Positions 1 to 8,111 of a stretch of DNA of 62,042 bases are shown in pieces. Under the pieces are notes generated by a model. It ran no database searches and was not told where the DNA came from. It saw only the letters and a list, made by a program, of their open reading frames with translations. How positions within the stretch are numbered: the first letter of the stretch is position 1; each line of letters begins with the position of its first letter. The DNA comes from Caulobacter sp. (GTDB lineage Bacteria; Pseudomonadota; Alphaproteobacteria; Caulobacterales; Caulobacteraceae), in the NCBI GenBank assembly GCA_028291125.1, contig JAQGIN010000543.1, positions 1 through 62,042 on the forward strand, read 5' to 3'. A program made the translations under genes and the position numbers.

Positions 1-18
1 AGGCCCTAGATAGCGCCC

Positions 19-1305
19 ATGCGCCGCTTCAACGCCTCCGATCCCGGCTTCGCCGCCGCCTTCGCCGCCTTCCTCGACGAGCGCCGCGGCGCGCCCGACG
101 ACGTCGACTCCGCGGCCCGCTACGTGATCGAGGCGGTCAAGGCCGAGGGGCTGGCGGCGGTGCTGCGGTTCACCAAGCAGTTCGACAAGGTCGAGCTGAC
201 CGAACAGACCATCCGCGTCACCGCCGAGGAGATCGAGGCCGGGGCCGCCGCCGCCTCGCCGCAGGTGCGCGAGGCCATCGCCTTCGCCGCCCGCCGCATC
301 CGCGCCTATCACGCCCGCCAGCGCCCGGCCGACCAGGCCTGGACCGACGAGGACGGGGTCGAGCTGGGTTGGCGCTGGACGCCGATCGAGGCGGTCGGGG
401 TCTATGTGCCCGGCGGCCGCGCCGCCTATCCCTCGACCGTGTTGATGAACGCCGTGCCCGCCCAGGTGGCCGGCGTCGACCGCATCGCCATGGTCACGCC
501 GCCGGGACGGCTGTCGCCGGCCGTGCTGGCCGCCGCCAAGGAGGCCGGCGTCACCGAGATCTGGCGGATCGGCGGAGCCCAGGCGGTCGCCGCCCTGGCC
601 TATGGGGCCGGCCCCATCGCGCCGGTCGACAAGATCGTCGGCCCCGGCAACGCCTATGTCACCGCCGCCAAACGCCGGCTGTACGGGGTGGTCGGCATCG
701 ACGCCCTGGCCGGGCCGTCGGAGATCGTGGTGGTGGCCGACGCGAAGAACGATCCCGACTGGATCGCCGCCGACCTGCTGTCGCAGGCCGAGCACGACCC
801 GGCCGCCCAGTCGATCCTGATCACCGACGACGCCGCCTTCGCCGCCAGGGTCGAGGCGGCGGTGACCGCGCGCCTCGCCACCCTGGCCACCGGCGAGGAC
901 GCCGCCGCCTCGTGGCGCGACCACGGCGCGGTGATCATCGCCCCGCTCGACGACAGCCCGCGGCTGGTCGACCTGATCGCCCCCGAGCACGTCGAGTTCG
1001 CGATCGACCAGCCCGAGCGCCTGGCCGATCGGGTGCGTCACGCCGGGGCGATCTTCCTGGGCCGGCTGACCCCCGAGGCGATTGGCGACTATGTGGCCGG
1101 CTCCAATCACGTGCTGCCGACCAGTCGCGCGGCGCGCTTTCAGTCGGGCCTGTCGCTGTACGATTTCCTCAAGCGCACCTCGATCGTCAAATGCGACGCG
1201 GCCGCCTTCGCCAAGCTGGGGCCGCACACCGTGGTCCTGGCCACCGCCGAGGGCCTGCCGGCCCACGCCCTGTCGGCGTCGATCCGGTTGCCTTCCGACC
1301 GTTGA
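19..1305 (+). CDS. hisD: histidinol dehydrogenase
   Basis: GVYVPGG..YPSTVLMN, GPGNAYV, AGPSE, DLLSQAEHD, APEH, EAIGDYVAGSNHVLPT motifs. Confidence 0.97.
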   Translation: MRRFNASDPGFAAAFAAFLDERRGAPDDVDSAARYVIEAVKAEGLAAVLRFTKQFDKVELTEQTIRVTAEEIEAGAAAASPQVREAIAFAARRIRAYHARQRPADQAWTDEDGVELGWRWTPIEAVGVYVPGGRAAYPSTVLMNAVPAQVAGVDRIAMVTPPGRLSPAVLAAAKEAGVTEIWRIGGAQAVAALAYGAGPIAPVDKIVGPGNAYVTAAKRRLYGVVGIDALAGPSEIVVVADAKNDPDWIAADLLSQAEHDPAAQSILITDDAAFAARVEAAVTARLATLATGEDAAASWRDHGAVIIAPLDDSPRLVDLIAPEHVEFAIDQPERLADRVRHAGAIFLGRLTPEAIGDYVAGSNHVLPTSRAARFQSGLSLYDFLKRTSIVKCDAAAFAKLGPHTVVLATAEGLPAHALSASIRLPSDR

Positions 1306-1327
1306 CGGAGGAAGTCTCTAGACGTCC

Positions 1328-1804
1328 ATGACCGATCCGCGCGCCAGCCAATGCCTGAAGTCCATCGCCATCGACGAGGAGTCGCTGGCGGCGGCGTCGC
1401 GCGACCAGGAGCAGGAGCGCCAGGTGGCGATCTTCGACCTGCTGGACGGCAACTATTTCGAGCCGGACGGCGGCGAAGCCGGCCCCTATGACCTGAGGCT
1501 GTCCCTGGTCGAGAACCGCCTGGCCTTCGACATCGCCGGCCCGGATTACGAGCGCCGCCACCTGCTGTCGCTGTCGCCGTTCCGCGGGGTGATCAAGGAC
1601 TATTTCATGATCTGCGACAGCTACTACTCGGCCATCCGCAACTCGACGCCGCAGCAGATCGAGGCGCTGGATATGGGTCGCCGGGGCTTGCACAACGAGG
1701 GGTCGTCGCTGCTGCGCGAGCGGCTGGAGGGCAAGGTCAAGACCGACCTCGACACCGCCCGGCGGCTGTTCACCCTGATCTGCGCCCTGCACTGGCGAGG
1801 CTAG
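1328..1804 (+). CDS. UPF0262 family protein
   Basis: [51 protein letters not shown]; usual neighbour of hisD in alphaproteobacteria. Confidence 0.9.
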   Translation: MTDPRASQCLKSIAIDEESLAAASRDQEQERQVAIFDLLDGNYFEPDGGEAGPYDLRLSLVENRLAFDIAGPDYERRHLLSLSPFRGVIKDYFMICDSYYSAIRNSTPQQIEALDMGRRGLHNEGSSLLRERLEGKVKTDLDTARRLFTLICALHWRG

Positions 1805-1809
1805 GGCGC

Positions 1810-2265
1810 GTGCACGATCTGCCTGGCGCGGTGCTGTTCGCCTGCAACTACAACCGGGTGCGCTCGCCGATGGCGGCCGCCCTGTTCCGGCGCTTCTACG
1901 GCGACCGGGCCTTCGTCGATTCCTGCGGCCTGAAGCCAGACCCGACCGGGGAGGGGGTCGACCCGTTCGTGATCGTGGTCATGGACGAGCTGGGCGTCGA
2001 CGTCGAGGCCCACGCTCCCAAGACCTTCGCCGAGCTGGAGGACGATTCGTTCGACGTCGTCGTCTCGCTGACCCCGGAGGCCCAGCACCGGGCGGTGGAG
2101 CTGGCCCGCGGCCGGTCGGTCGACATCGAATATTGGCCGACCCACGATCCGACCCTGGTCGACGGCTCGCGCGAGGCGCGGCTGGAGGCTTACCGCGAGG
2201 TTCGCGACGCTTTGGCGACCGCGATTCGCGACCGGTTCGGCGCACCATCGACGTTTGGGGGGTGA
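1810..2265 (+). CDS. low-molecular-weight phosphatase / ArsC-like protein
   Basis: VLFACNYNRVRSPMA (CX5R P-loop), YWPTHDP. Confidence 0.88.
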   Translation: MHDLPGAVLFACNYNRVRSPMAAALFRRFYGDRAFVDSCGLKPDPTGEGVDPFVIVVMDELGVDVEAHAPKTFAELEDDSFDVVVSLTPEAQHRAVELARGRSVDIEYWPTHDPTLVDGSREARLEAYREVRDALATAIRDRFGAPSTFGG

Positions 2266-2362
2266 ATGCGTTATACAGCCGCTCCGCAGCCACGGCTCGC
2301 GCCACGACTCACGGGTCGCGCGGGCCGTATTGCTATATAATTCGTCCGTTTAGAGAGGCCTG

Positions 2363-2581
2363 ATGGCTAAGGAAGAACTACTCGAGTTTCCCGGCACGGT
2401 CAGCGAACTGCTGCCCAACGCCACCTTCCGGGTGACGCTTGAGAACGCGCACGAGATCATCGCCCATACCGCCGGCAAGATGCGCAAGAACCGCATCCGC
2501 GTACTGGCCGGCGACAAGGTCCTCGTGGAAATGACGCCCTACGACCTGACCAAGGGCCGCATCACCTACCGGTTCAAGTAG
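2363..2581 (+). CDS. infA: translation initiation factor IF-1
   Basis: 72 aa MAKEE...[11 protein letters not shown]...[32 protein letters not shown]. Confidence 0.98.
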   Translation: MAKEELLEFPGTVSELLPNATFRVTLENAHEIIAHTAGKMRKNRIRVLAGDKVLVEMTPYDLTKGRITYRFK

Positions 2582-2592
2582 GCGGGCCGCAC

Positions 2593-3189
2593 ATGGTCGT
2601 CCAGCGGACGCCGCTGGTTCTGGCCAGCGCCAGCCCCCGACGTCTCGACCTGCTCGCCCAGGTCGGCGTCACACCCGATCGGGTCGATCCCGCCGATATC
2701 GACGAAGCGCCGCTGGCCGACGAGACGCCGCGGCGTCACGCCCTGCGCCTGGCCGAACAGAAGGCCAGGGCGGTGGCGCCCCGCGCCGCCGGCGCCTTCG
2801 TGCTGGCGGCCGACACCGTCGTCGCCGTCGGCCGCCGCATCCTGCCCAAGGCCGAGACCGAGGATCAGGCGATCTACTGCCTGGGCCTGCTGTCGGGCCG
2901 CAACCACATGGTGCTGACCGCGGTGGCCGTGGTCGCGCCCGACGGCCGGCTGGCCTCGCGGCTGGTCGAGACCCGCGTGCAGATGAAACGGCTGTCGACG
3001 CCCGAGCGCGACGCCTATCTGGCCGGCGGCGAATGGCGCGGCAAGGCGGGGGGCTACGGCGTCCAGGGCGTGGCGGGCGGCTTCATCATCGATCTGCACG
3101 GCTCCTACACCGCCGTCGTCGGCCTGCCGCTGTACGAGACCCTCAACCTGCTGCGCGGCCTCGGCTGGATCCAAGGCGGGCAAGCATGA
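2593..3189 (+). CDS. maf: Maf family nucleotide pyrophosphatase
   Basis: LVLASASPRR, ADTVV, ILPK, GKAGGYGVQG, VVGLPL. Confidence 0.94.
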   Translation: MVVQRTPLVLASASPRRLDLLAQVGVTPDRVDPADIDEAPLADETPRRHALRLAEQKARAVAPRAAGAFVLAADTVVAVGRRILPKAETEDQAIYCLGLLSGRNHMVLTAVAVVAPDGRLASRLVETRVQMKRLSTPERDAYLAGGEWRGKAGGYGVQGVAGGFIIDLHGSYTAVVGLPLYETLNLLRGLGWIQGGQA

Positions 3190-4229
3190 GCGAGCGGCGC
3201 GCCTATCTGCACCGCGGCGTCGGCGAGACGGTCGGGGTCGTCACCCTCGACGGCCTGCCCGAACGGCTGATCATCGCCTGGGACGACGACGACCCGCTCG
3301 ACGCCGACGGCGTGCGCGGCGTGGCCCGGGTGCGCAAGATCGAGCGCGCCTTCGCCTCGGCCTTCGTGCAACTGCCCGGCGGCGCCGACGTGCTGCTGCC
3401 GCTGAAGCCCGACATGCCCAAGCTGGTCGAGGGCCAGCTGGTCGAGATCGAGATCCGCGCGCCGTCGCGGCGCGACAAGCTGGCGGTGGCCCGCTTCATC
3501 GGCGAGGCCGAGGGCGAGCCGCGGGTGCTGCAGGCGGCGCTCACCGTCGAGGAGCAGCTGCGGATCCTGGTCAAGTCGGGCTCGCCGACCACCGGCCTCG
3601 CGGCCCTGGCCGCGGTCGAGGCGGCCGAGGCCGAGGCCCTGGAGACCGTCTTCGCCCTGCCGGGCGGCGGCGACATTAGTATAGAGCCGACGCGGGCCCT
3701 GGTGGCCGTCGACGTCGACCTGGGCGGCCGCGAGGGCGCCGACGCCAAGCGCGCGGCGCGCCAGGCCAATATGGCGGCGTTCGCCGTCGCAGCCCGCGTG
3801 CTGCGGCTCAAGGGCCTGGGCGGCATCGTGGTGTTCGACCTGGTCGGCCGCGGCCATGACGGCCAGGCGATGTCGACCGCGGTGCGCAACGCCTTCTCCG
3901 TCGACAATCCCGGCGTCGCCATCGGCCTGGTCAGCCGCTTCGGCACGCTGGAGATGACGCTGCCGCGCCGAGCCCGGCCGGCCCTGGATCGCCTGGTCGA
4001 CGCGCAAGGCGCCTTGCCGCCGAAAGCCGCCGCCCGCCGGCTGGCCCGGGCCTTCGAGCGGGAAGGGCGCGCCGATCCCGGCGGCCGGTTGGCGGGCCGC
4101 TGCGCGCCGGCCGTGGCCGAGGCCTTCGCCGAACTCGACGCCAAGCTGGCGGATCGCATCGGCCGCCGCTTCGTTCTCACACCGGTCGCCGATTGGCCCG
4201 TCGACCGCATCGAGGTGTCCGCGTCATGA
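3186..4229 (+). CDS. ribonuclease E/G family protein (short form)
   Basis: IEPTRALVAVDVD, LRLKGLGGIVVFD, SRFGTLEM; ATG overlaps maf stop. Confidence 0.85.
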   Translation: MSERRAYLHRGVGETVGVVTLDGLPERLIIAWDDDDPLDADGVRGVARVRKIERAFASAFVQLPGGADVLLPLKPDMPKLVEGQLVEIEIRAPSRRDKLAVARFIGEAEGEPRVLQAALTVEEQLRILVKSGSPTTGLAALAAVEAAEAEALETVFALPGGGDISIEPTRALVAVDVDLGGREGADAKRAARQANMAAFAVAARVLRLKGLGGIVVFDLVGRGHDGQAMSTAVRNAFSVDNPGVAIGLVSRFGTLEMTLPRRARPALDRLVDAQGALPPKAAARRLARAFEREGRADPGGRLAGRCAPAVAEAFAELDAKLADRIGRRFVLTPVADWPVDRIEVSAS

Positions 4230-4399
4230 GCAGTCCGTGCCCGATCTGCGGCAAGCCGGTGGTTTTGACCTTCCGCCCCTTCTGTTCCAAGCGCTGCGCC
4301 GATGTCGATCTGCAGCGCTGGCTTTCCGACCGCTACGTGGTCCCCGGGACCGACGAGGACGAGGAAAATCCGCCCTCCACCGACGTCGCCAGAGAATGA
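4226..4399 (+). CDS. yacG: DNA gyrase inhibitor YacG
   Basis: CPICGK...RPFCSKRCADVDL.RW zinc finger. Confidence 0.93.
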   Translation: MSSPCPICGKPVVLTFRPFCSKRCADVDLQRWLSDRYVVPGTDEDEENPPSTDVARE

Positions 4400-4500
4400 T
4401 CCAAGGGTGCTAGACTTCGTTGTCGCGCTCTTCTATAGACGCGGCTCCCCGCCGTCGGGCGGGCGCTGAAGGCGGTTTTCGACCGCCTTTTCGGCTCAGG

Positions 4501-4576
4501 GCCTGGGTAGCTCAGTTGGTAGAGCAGCGGATTGAAAATCCGCGTGTCGGTGGTTCGAATCCGCCCCCAGGCACCA
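4501..4576 (+). tRNA. tRNA-Phe(GAA), prophage integration target
   Basis: GCCTGGG/CCCAGGC acceptor stem, GCGGA-TTGAAAA-TCCGC anticodon arm, GGTTCGAATCC T-arm, CCA end. Confidence 0.97.
4530..4576 (+). repeat. attL core (3' part of tRNA-Phe)
   Basis: gattgaaaatccgcgtgtcggtggttcgaatccgcccccaggcacca identical to 48651-48697. Confidence 0.95.
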
Positions 4577-4648
4577 CCTCAATTTTCCCTTACAGATAAG
4601 GCGTTTGCGGGTGGTTCCGGCCTCGGCTGGAAACGGCCTGATCGGAAG

Positions 4649-4673
4649 CGTTTTCCAATCGCGTTTTCCATTC
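4649..4673 (+). promoter_or_regulatory. putative integrase arm-type sites CGTTTTCCA(A/T)TC x2 (further copies at 48558-48566 and 48598-48609)
   Basis: Same motif repeated just inside both att cores. Confidence 0.6.
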
Positions 4674-4709
4674 GTTGTTCACGAGGCGTTTCTGCCTAGC
4701 CCTTTCGGG

Positions 4710-5837
4710 TCAGGCCTTCCCTTTCCAGTCGATGGCGGCGAAGCGCTTTTGCACGTCGCCGAGAACGGCTTGCTGGGCGGTCATCCGGTCGGCGTCGCGG
4801 CCATAGATGTCGGCCATCGCCGAGGTGCGGTCGCCGATGGCGGCGGCGATGCGGAAGCTGGATTCGCCGCCGTCGCGGGCGAAGGTGCCGATCGTGTGGC
4901 GCAGGCCGTGGAAGGTGCAACCGGGGTCGAGCTTGCCAGCCTTGGTCAGGGCGCGCACGCGCTTGAAGAAGGACGCGCGGAAGCCCGACGCCGTCCAGGC
5001 CTCGCCACGGCTGTTGAGCGCGATCTGCACCGCGTCGCCGGCCTGGGCGATGGCCTTGTCGAGCGTGACCTTGAAGGCGCCCGACACGGGGGCGGTGCAA
5101 ACCTCGCCGTTCTTTCCGGCAAGCCAGCGGAGCGTCGCGCCGTTGTAGCCCTTGCGGGTGACGATCAGGGCGTCGCCCTGCCGCATGCCCGCGAACAGGC
5201 CGAGCGAGAGCATCACCAGGAGTGCGAACGGGCAGTCGGTGACGAAGGCCTCGACCTCGGCGAAGGACCAGGCGCGGTTCTGGTCGCGCTCGGCGCTTGG
5301 CTTCTTGATCTGTTTGATTCCCTCGGCCGGGTTGGCCTGGGTTCCGAGCCAGCCCCGCAGCTTGCCCCAGGCCAGGACCAGCCGGACAACCTGCAGCACG
5401 TAGTTGCCGAAGCGCCGCCCGCGTTCCTTCTCCGCCTTGTCGCGGAGTTTGATGACCTGAGCGGAGGTGATCGCCTTGACCATGGCCCTTTCGGCGGCCT
5501 GACCAAGCCAGTCGCGCACGGCCTGATAGTCGCTGCGGGTGCGCGGCTTGAGGCGCCGCCATTCGGGGCTGTCGCGATATTCGAGCCAAAGGGCCGCCAG
5601 CGTTCCCTGCTGGGCGGCCAGGACGGCCGAAACGCCCTTAGCTTTATCGTCGAGCCCCTTGATCTCCAAAAGGCCGTCTGCGGTCTCCGGATCGTGCTTA
5701 AGCCGCAGGCCGGTGGCGCGGTGATACCAGTACAGGCGCGTCTCGCCGGTCGCGAGGGTCCGCCGGACGGGTTTGAGCCCCTTAGGCACGAGATATTTCC
5801 GGGGCGCCGGCAAGCGTGGTCCAGTCGTTTCCGCCAT
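4710..5837 (-). CDS. int: tyrosine integrase
   Basis: GMRQGD, FHGLRHT, MADIY catalytic residues; next to attL; start uncertain (5837 or 5861). Confidence 0.93.
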   Translation of the reverse strand: MAETTGPRLPAPRKYLVPKGLKPVRRTLATGETRLYWYHRATGLRLKHDPETADGLLEIKGLDDKAKGVSAVLAAQQGTLAALWLEYRDSPEWRRLKPRTRSDYQAVRDWLGQAAERAMVKAITSAQVIKLRDKAEKERGRRFGNYVLQVVRLVLAWGKLRGWLGTQANPAEGIKQIKKPSAERDQNRAWSFAEVEAFVTDCPFALLVMLSLGLFAGMRQGDALIVTRKGYNGATLRWLAGKNGEVCTAPVSGAFKVTLDKAIAQAGDAVQIALNSRGEAWTASGFRASFFKRVRALTKAGKLDPGCTFHGLRHTIGTFARDGGESSFRIAAAIGDRTSAMADIYGRDADRMTAQQAVLGDVQKRFAAIDWKGKA

Positions 5838-5991
5838 CGTTGTCGGCGACAGGAAGCGCACCGGCCGGGGTTTCGGTCAACAGCAGCATGTCGCCGTTCG
5901 CACAGAGCCGCAGGGCCAGCACCGGTCGGCCGGCGGCGGACATGGCGGCGATGGCCTGGGTCATGGCGGCCTTGGTGACTCGTTCAGACAT
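5782..5991 (-). CDS. small protein upstream of and overlapping int; putative excisionase
   Basis: 69 aa MSERVTKAAMTQAIAAM...NDW; position typical of xis. Confidence 0.55.
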   Translation of the reverse strand: MSERVTKAAMTQAIAAMSAAGRPVLALRLCANGDMLLLTETPAGALPVADNDGGNDWTTLAGAPEISRA

Positions 5992-6421
5992 GGCGAACCT
6001 CGTTCGCGTGCCGGGTGAAGACGATGATCTCGTCGCCTGGGCGATAGTCGGGCTTGACGCTGTCGCTGGTAGCGACGGCGAAGAGGTCCCCGCTGTCGCC
6101 GACAAGCTTGAGGCGCCGGGTTTCGCGAGCGTTGGCGGCGTGGTGCGGGGCGTCATAGGTCAGGTGGCAGCGCTGGCACATGGCTATGAGGTTCGGGCGG
6201 TCGCCCGGCTCGCCGCAGTCTTCCGGCAGGTGGTTGAGGTGGGCGACCGTCAGGACCACCTTGGAGCCGGTGACGGGGTGCGGCTGGCCGTTCGCTGCCC
6301 GACAGTCAGGATACACGCCGGGCGAGCCCTCACAGCGCCAACCCGCGCGCTCGCGGACCTCGACGCTGATCGCCTTCCAGTCGGCCGGATAGCGGATGCG
6401 GTTTTCAGGGCGGATTGGCAT
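5984..6421 (-). CDS. HNH-like zinc-binding endonuclease
   Basis: YPADW..IS..VRERAGWRCE..C...LTVAHLNH...NLIAMCQRCHL. Confidence 0.75.
   Translation of the reverse strand: MPIRPENRIRYPADWKAISVEVRERAGWRCEGSPGVYPDCRAANGQPHPVTGSKVVLTVAHLNHLPEDCGEPGDRPNLIAMCQRCHLTYDAPHHAANARETRRLKLVGDSGDLFAVATSDSVKPDYRPGDEIIVFTRHANEVRHV
5993..6007. repeat. dispersed palindrome copy 1 GCGAACCTCGTTCGC (immediately before the xis-like ATG)
   Basis: Matches GCGAAC-N3-GTTCGC. Confidence 0.85.
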
Positions 6422-7092
6422 CACGCGGCCCTCAGGCCGAGTTCGCGCTGATCGACCGTCAACCCGTCGAGGTCGCCCCATTGGGTGGCCATGGCTTCGG
6501 CGATCGACTCATAGGTTCGGCTGCGCTCGCGCCACCGGTCGGGTCCCGGTTGGGCGCGATGAACGATGGACCAGGTCTTGTGTTCGCGCGTGCCGGAGGC
6601 CGGCGGCGATAGCCTGTTGGTGGCGACCAGCGGGGGCAGGTTCTTAAGCCACAGGGCCGTTCCCTTGAACGCGGGCTCGCCGAACCACCACGGCTGGATG
6701 ACCTGGTCCTGGCGTTGATAGTTGGCGATCCGCTCAATCGCGTATTTGTGGATGATCGGGTTCTCGATGCAGCGCCGCTCGATCGGCGCATTCCAGCAGG
6801 CCGAGAAGACGGCCGCGCCCTCGTCGAGTTCGGTCCACATTTCCTCAAGCGTGCGGCCGGGGGGCGGCACATGCAGCCAGCGCGAGCCCGACCGACATAG
6901 CCGGGTGCAGGGCGGATGCATGACGGCGAGCATGTCCCATCCGGCGTTCAGGAAATCGCGGATGTCGCCCACGAGGTGGCGATTGGAGCCGTCCTCGGCC
7001 GGCAGCAGGTCGCACGACCACGCATCGTGGCCGCGCGCGGCGAAGGCGCGGCGGACGGTCCCTGAGGTTTCGCAGCCGACAAGGATCTTCAT
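6421..7092 (-). CDS. phage C5-cytosine DNA methyltransferase-like protein (short type)
   Basis: MKILVGCETSG..RRAF, SCDLLP, HPPCT catalytic PC, IENP, LWLKNLP, RSRTY..IAEAMA.QWG. Confidence 0.8.
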   Translation of the reverse strand: MKILVGCETSGTVRRAFAARGHDAWSCDLLPAEDGSNRHLVGDIRDFLNAGWDMLAVMHPPCTRLCRSGSRWLHVPPPGRTLEEMWTELDEGAAVFSACWNAPIERRCIENPIIHKYAIERIANYQRQDQVIQPWWFGEPAFKGTALWLKNLPPLVATNRLSPPASGTREHKTWSIVHRAQPGPDRWRERSRTYESIAEAMATQWGDLDGLTVDQRELGLRAA

Positions 7093-7367
7093 GACCCCTG
7101 GCCCTTAAACAGATCAGCGGGTTGCTGGTCCGCAATCCATTGCTGCGCCTCGCGGGCCACGGCGACGTATTCCGCCGACGGCCGGCCGCTGATTTCCTGG
7201 CCGGGCTGAAAGGTCCGCCAGATCCGGCGGCGCAGCTCGGCCGGCAGCTTGAACCAGTGCGTCTTGCAGCCCCACATGGCGGGCGGCACCTGCTTGGTGC
7301 AGCCGGTCCAATGGCAGTGGTGGTCGCGGTTCTGGCCCTGGGTGCGGACGTACTCAGCCTTGGACAT
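7089..7367 (-). CDS. small Cys/His zinc-finger-like phage protein
   Basis: HHCHWTGC.KQVPPAMWGCKTHW. Confidence 0.65.
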   Translation of the reverse strand: MSKAEYVRTQGQNRDHHCHWTGCTKQVPPAMWGCKTHWFKLPAELRRRIWRTFQPGQEISGRPSAEYVAVAREAQQWIADQQPADLFKGQGS

Positions 7368-7848
7368 GGGCTGCGTCCTCCACCACGTTGGGCCGGAAAA
7401 ACCCGAGCGCGCCCTTGCAGCGCATGAACGGGACGGGCGCGGCGTTACGCAGCACGAGGCCATAGTCGCCGACGAACCACGGCGATGGGCTTTCGCCGAC
7501 GCAGTCGACAATCTCGGCGACGCCGACAATGCCGCCTATAGGGACGGGCTCGTAGTTCGAGGCCGGATAGCGGTTGCCGATCAGCGTCCGCTTGCCCGTC
7601 ACCGGGTGATAGCCCCGCGCCACGGCTTGGTGGGCATCGCGGTCGATCGTCATGCCGGTGTGGATCAGGATCGGTCCGCGTCGGGCGGTTCGCCAGCTAC
7701 GGTTCTCGATATCCTTGACGCCGTTGACGATCAGCCACGCCCAGGGCTGCTGGATCGACAGCGCGAACGCCTCGCGGGGCTGTCCGTCGCTGCCCACAAG
7801 CATCAGTCTGCCGTTCGACAGGGCGACGGTAAGCAGCTGAGCGGCCAT
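7354..7848 (-). CDS. ASCH domain protein
   Basis: ALSIQQPWAWLIVNGVKDIENRSWRT..RGPILIH, GGIVGVAEIVDC, PWFVG.YG. Confidence 0.88.
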   Translation of the reverse strand: MAAQLLTVALSNGRLMLVGSDGQPREAFALSIQQPWAWLIVNGVKDIENRSWRTARRGPILIHTGMTIDRDAHQAVARGYHPVTGKRTLIGNRYPASNYEPVPIGGIVGVAEIVDCVGESPSPWFVGDYGLVLRNAAPVPFMRCKGALGFFRPNVVEDAAHVQG

Positions 7849-8111
7849 CAATCCGGCACCTTGCAGAAGCGGCTCAGAATGCCGGAGCGATCCGCAAGCC
7901 GCCGGACCTCTTCGGCCCATTCAGGGTCAGTCGCTTCGGCGGCTTCCGCGTAAGCCTCAAGCGCGACACCCGCGTTCACGTCCTTCAGCATGATCACGAA
8001 GAACTCGTGTTCCTCGTTGGGGCCACAGTCGTCGACCGGTTGGCCAGTGCGCAGGTTGATCAGGGCGTATTTGCCCAGACCGTCGGGGTTGATGTTGCGA
8101 TCGAGCCTCAT
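7848..8111 (-). CDS. hypothetical phage protein (87 aa), in frame with the upstream AAA ATPase via a C12 run
   Basis: Own ATG after GAAGGGGA; MRLDRNINPDGLGKYAL...FFVIMLKD..A..AL.AYA. Confidence 0.65.
   Translation of the reverse strand: MRLDRNINPDGLGKYALINLRTGQPVDDCGPNEEHEFFVIMLKDVNAGVALEAYAEAAEATDPEWAEEVRRLADRSGILSRFCKVPD

Noticed and set aside
4677-4691. GTTC-N7-GTTT near-LexA box downstream of int
   Set aside because: One mismatch and no gene start nearby in the integrated state; may be chance
4605-5978. Long plus-strand ORF opposite the integrase (similarly 9650-11485, 27621-29093, 59726-61873)
   Set aside because: Antisense shadow ORFs typical of high-GC DNA, with no recognisable motifs
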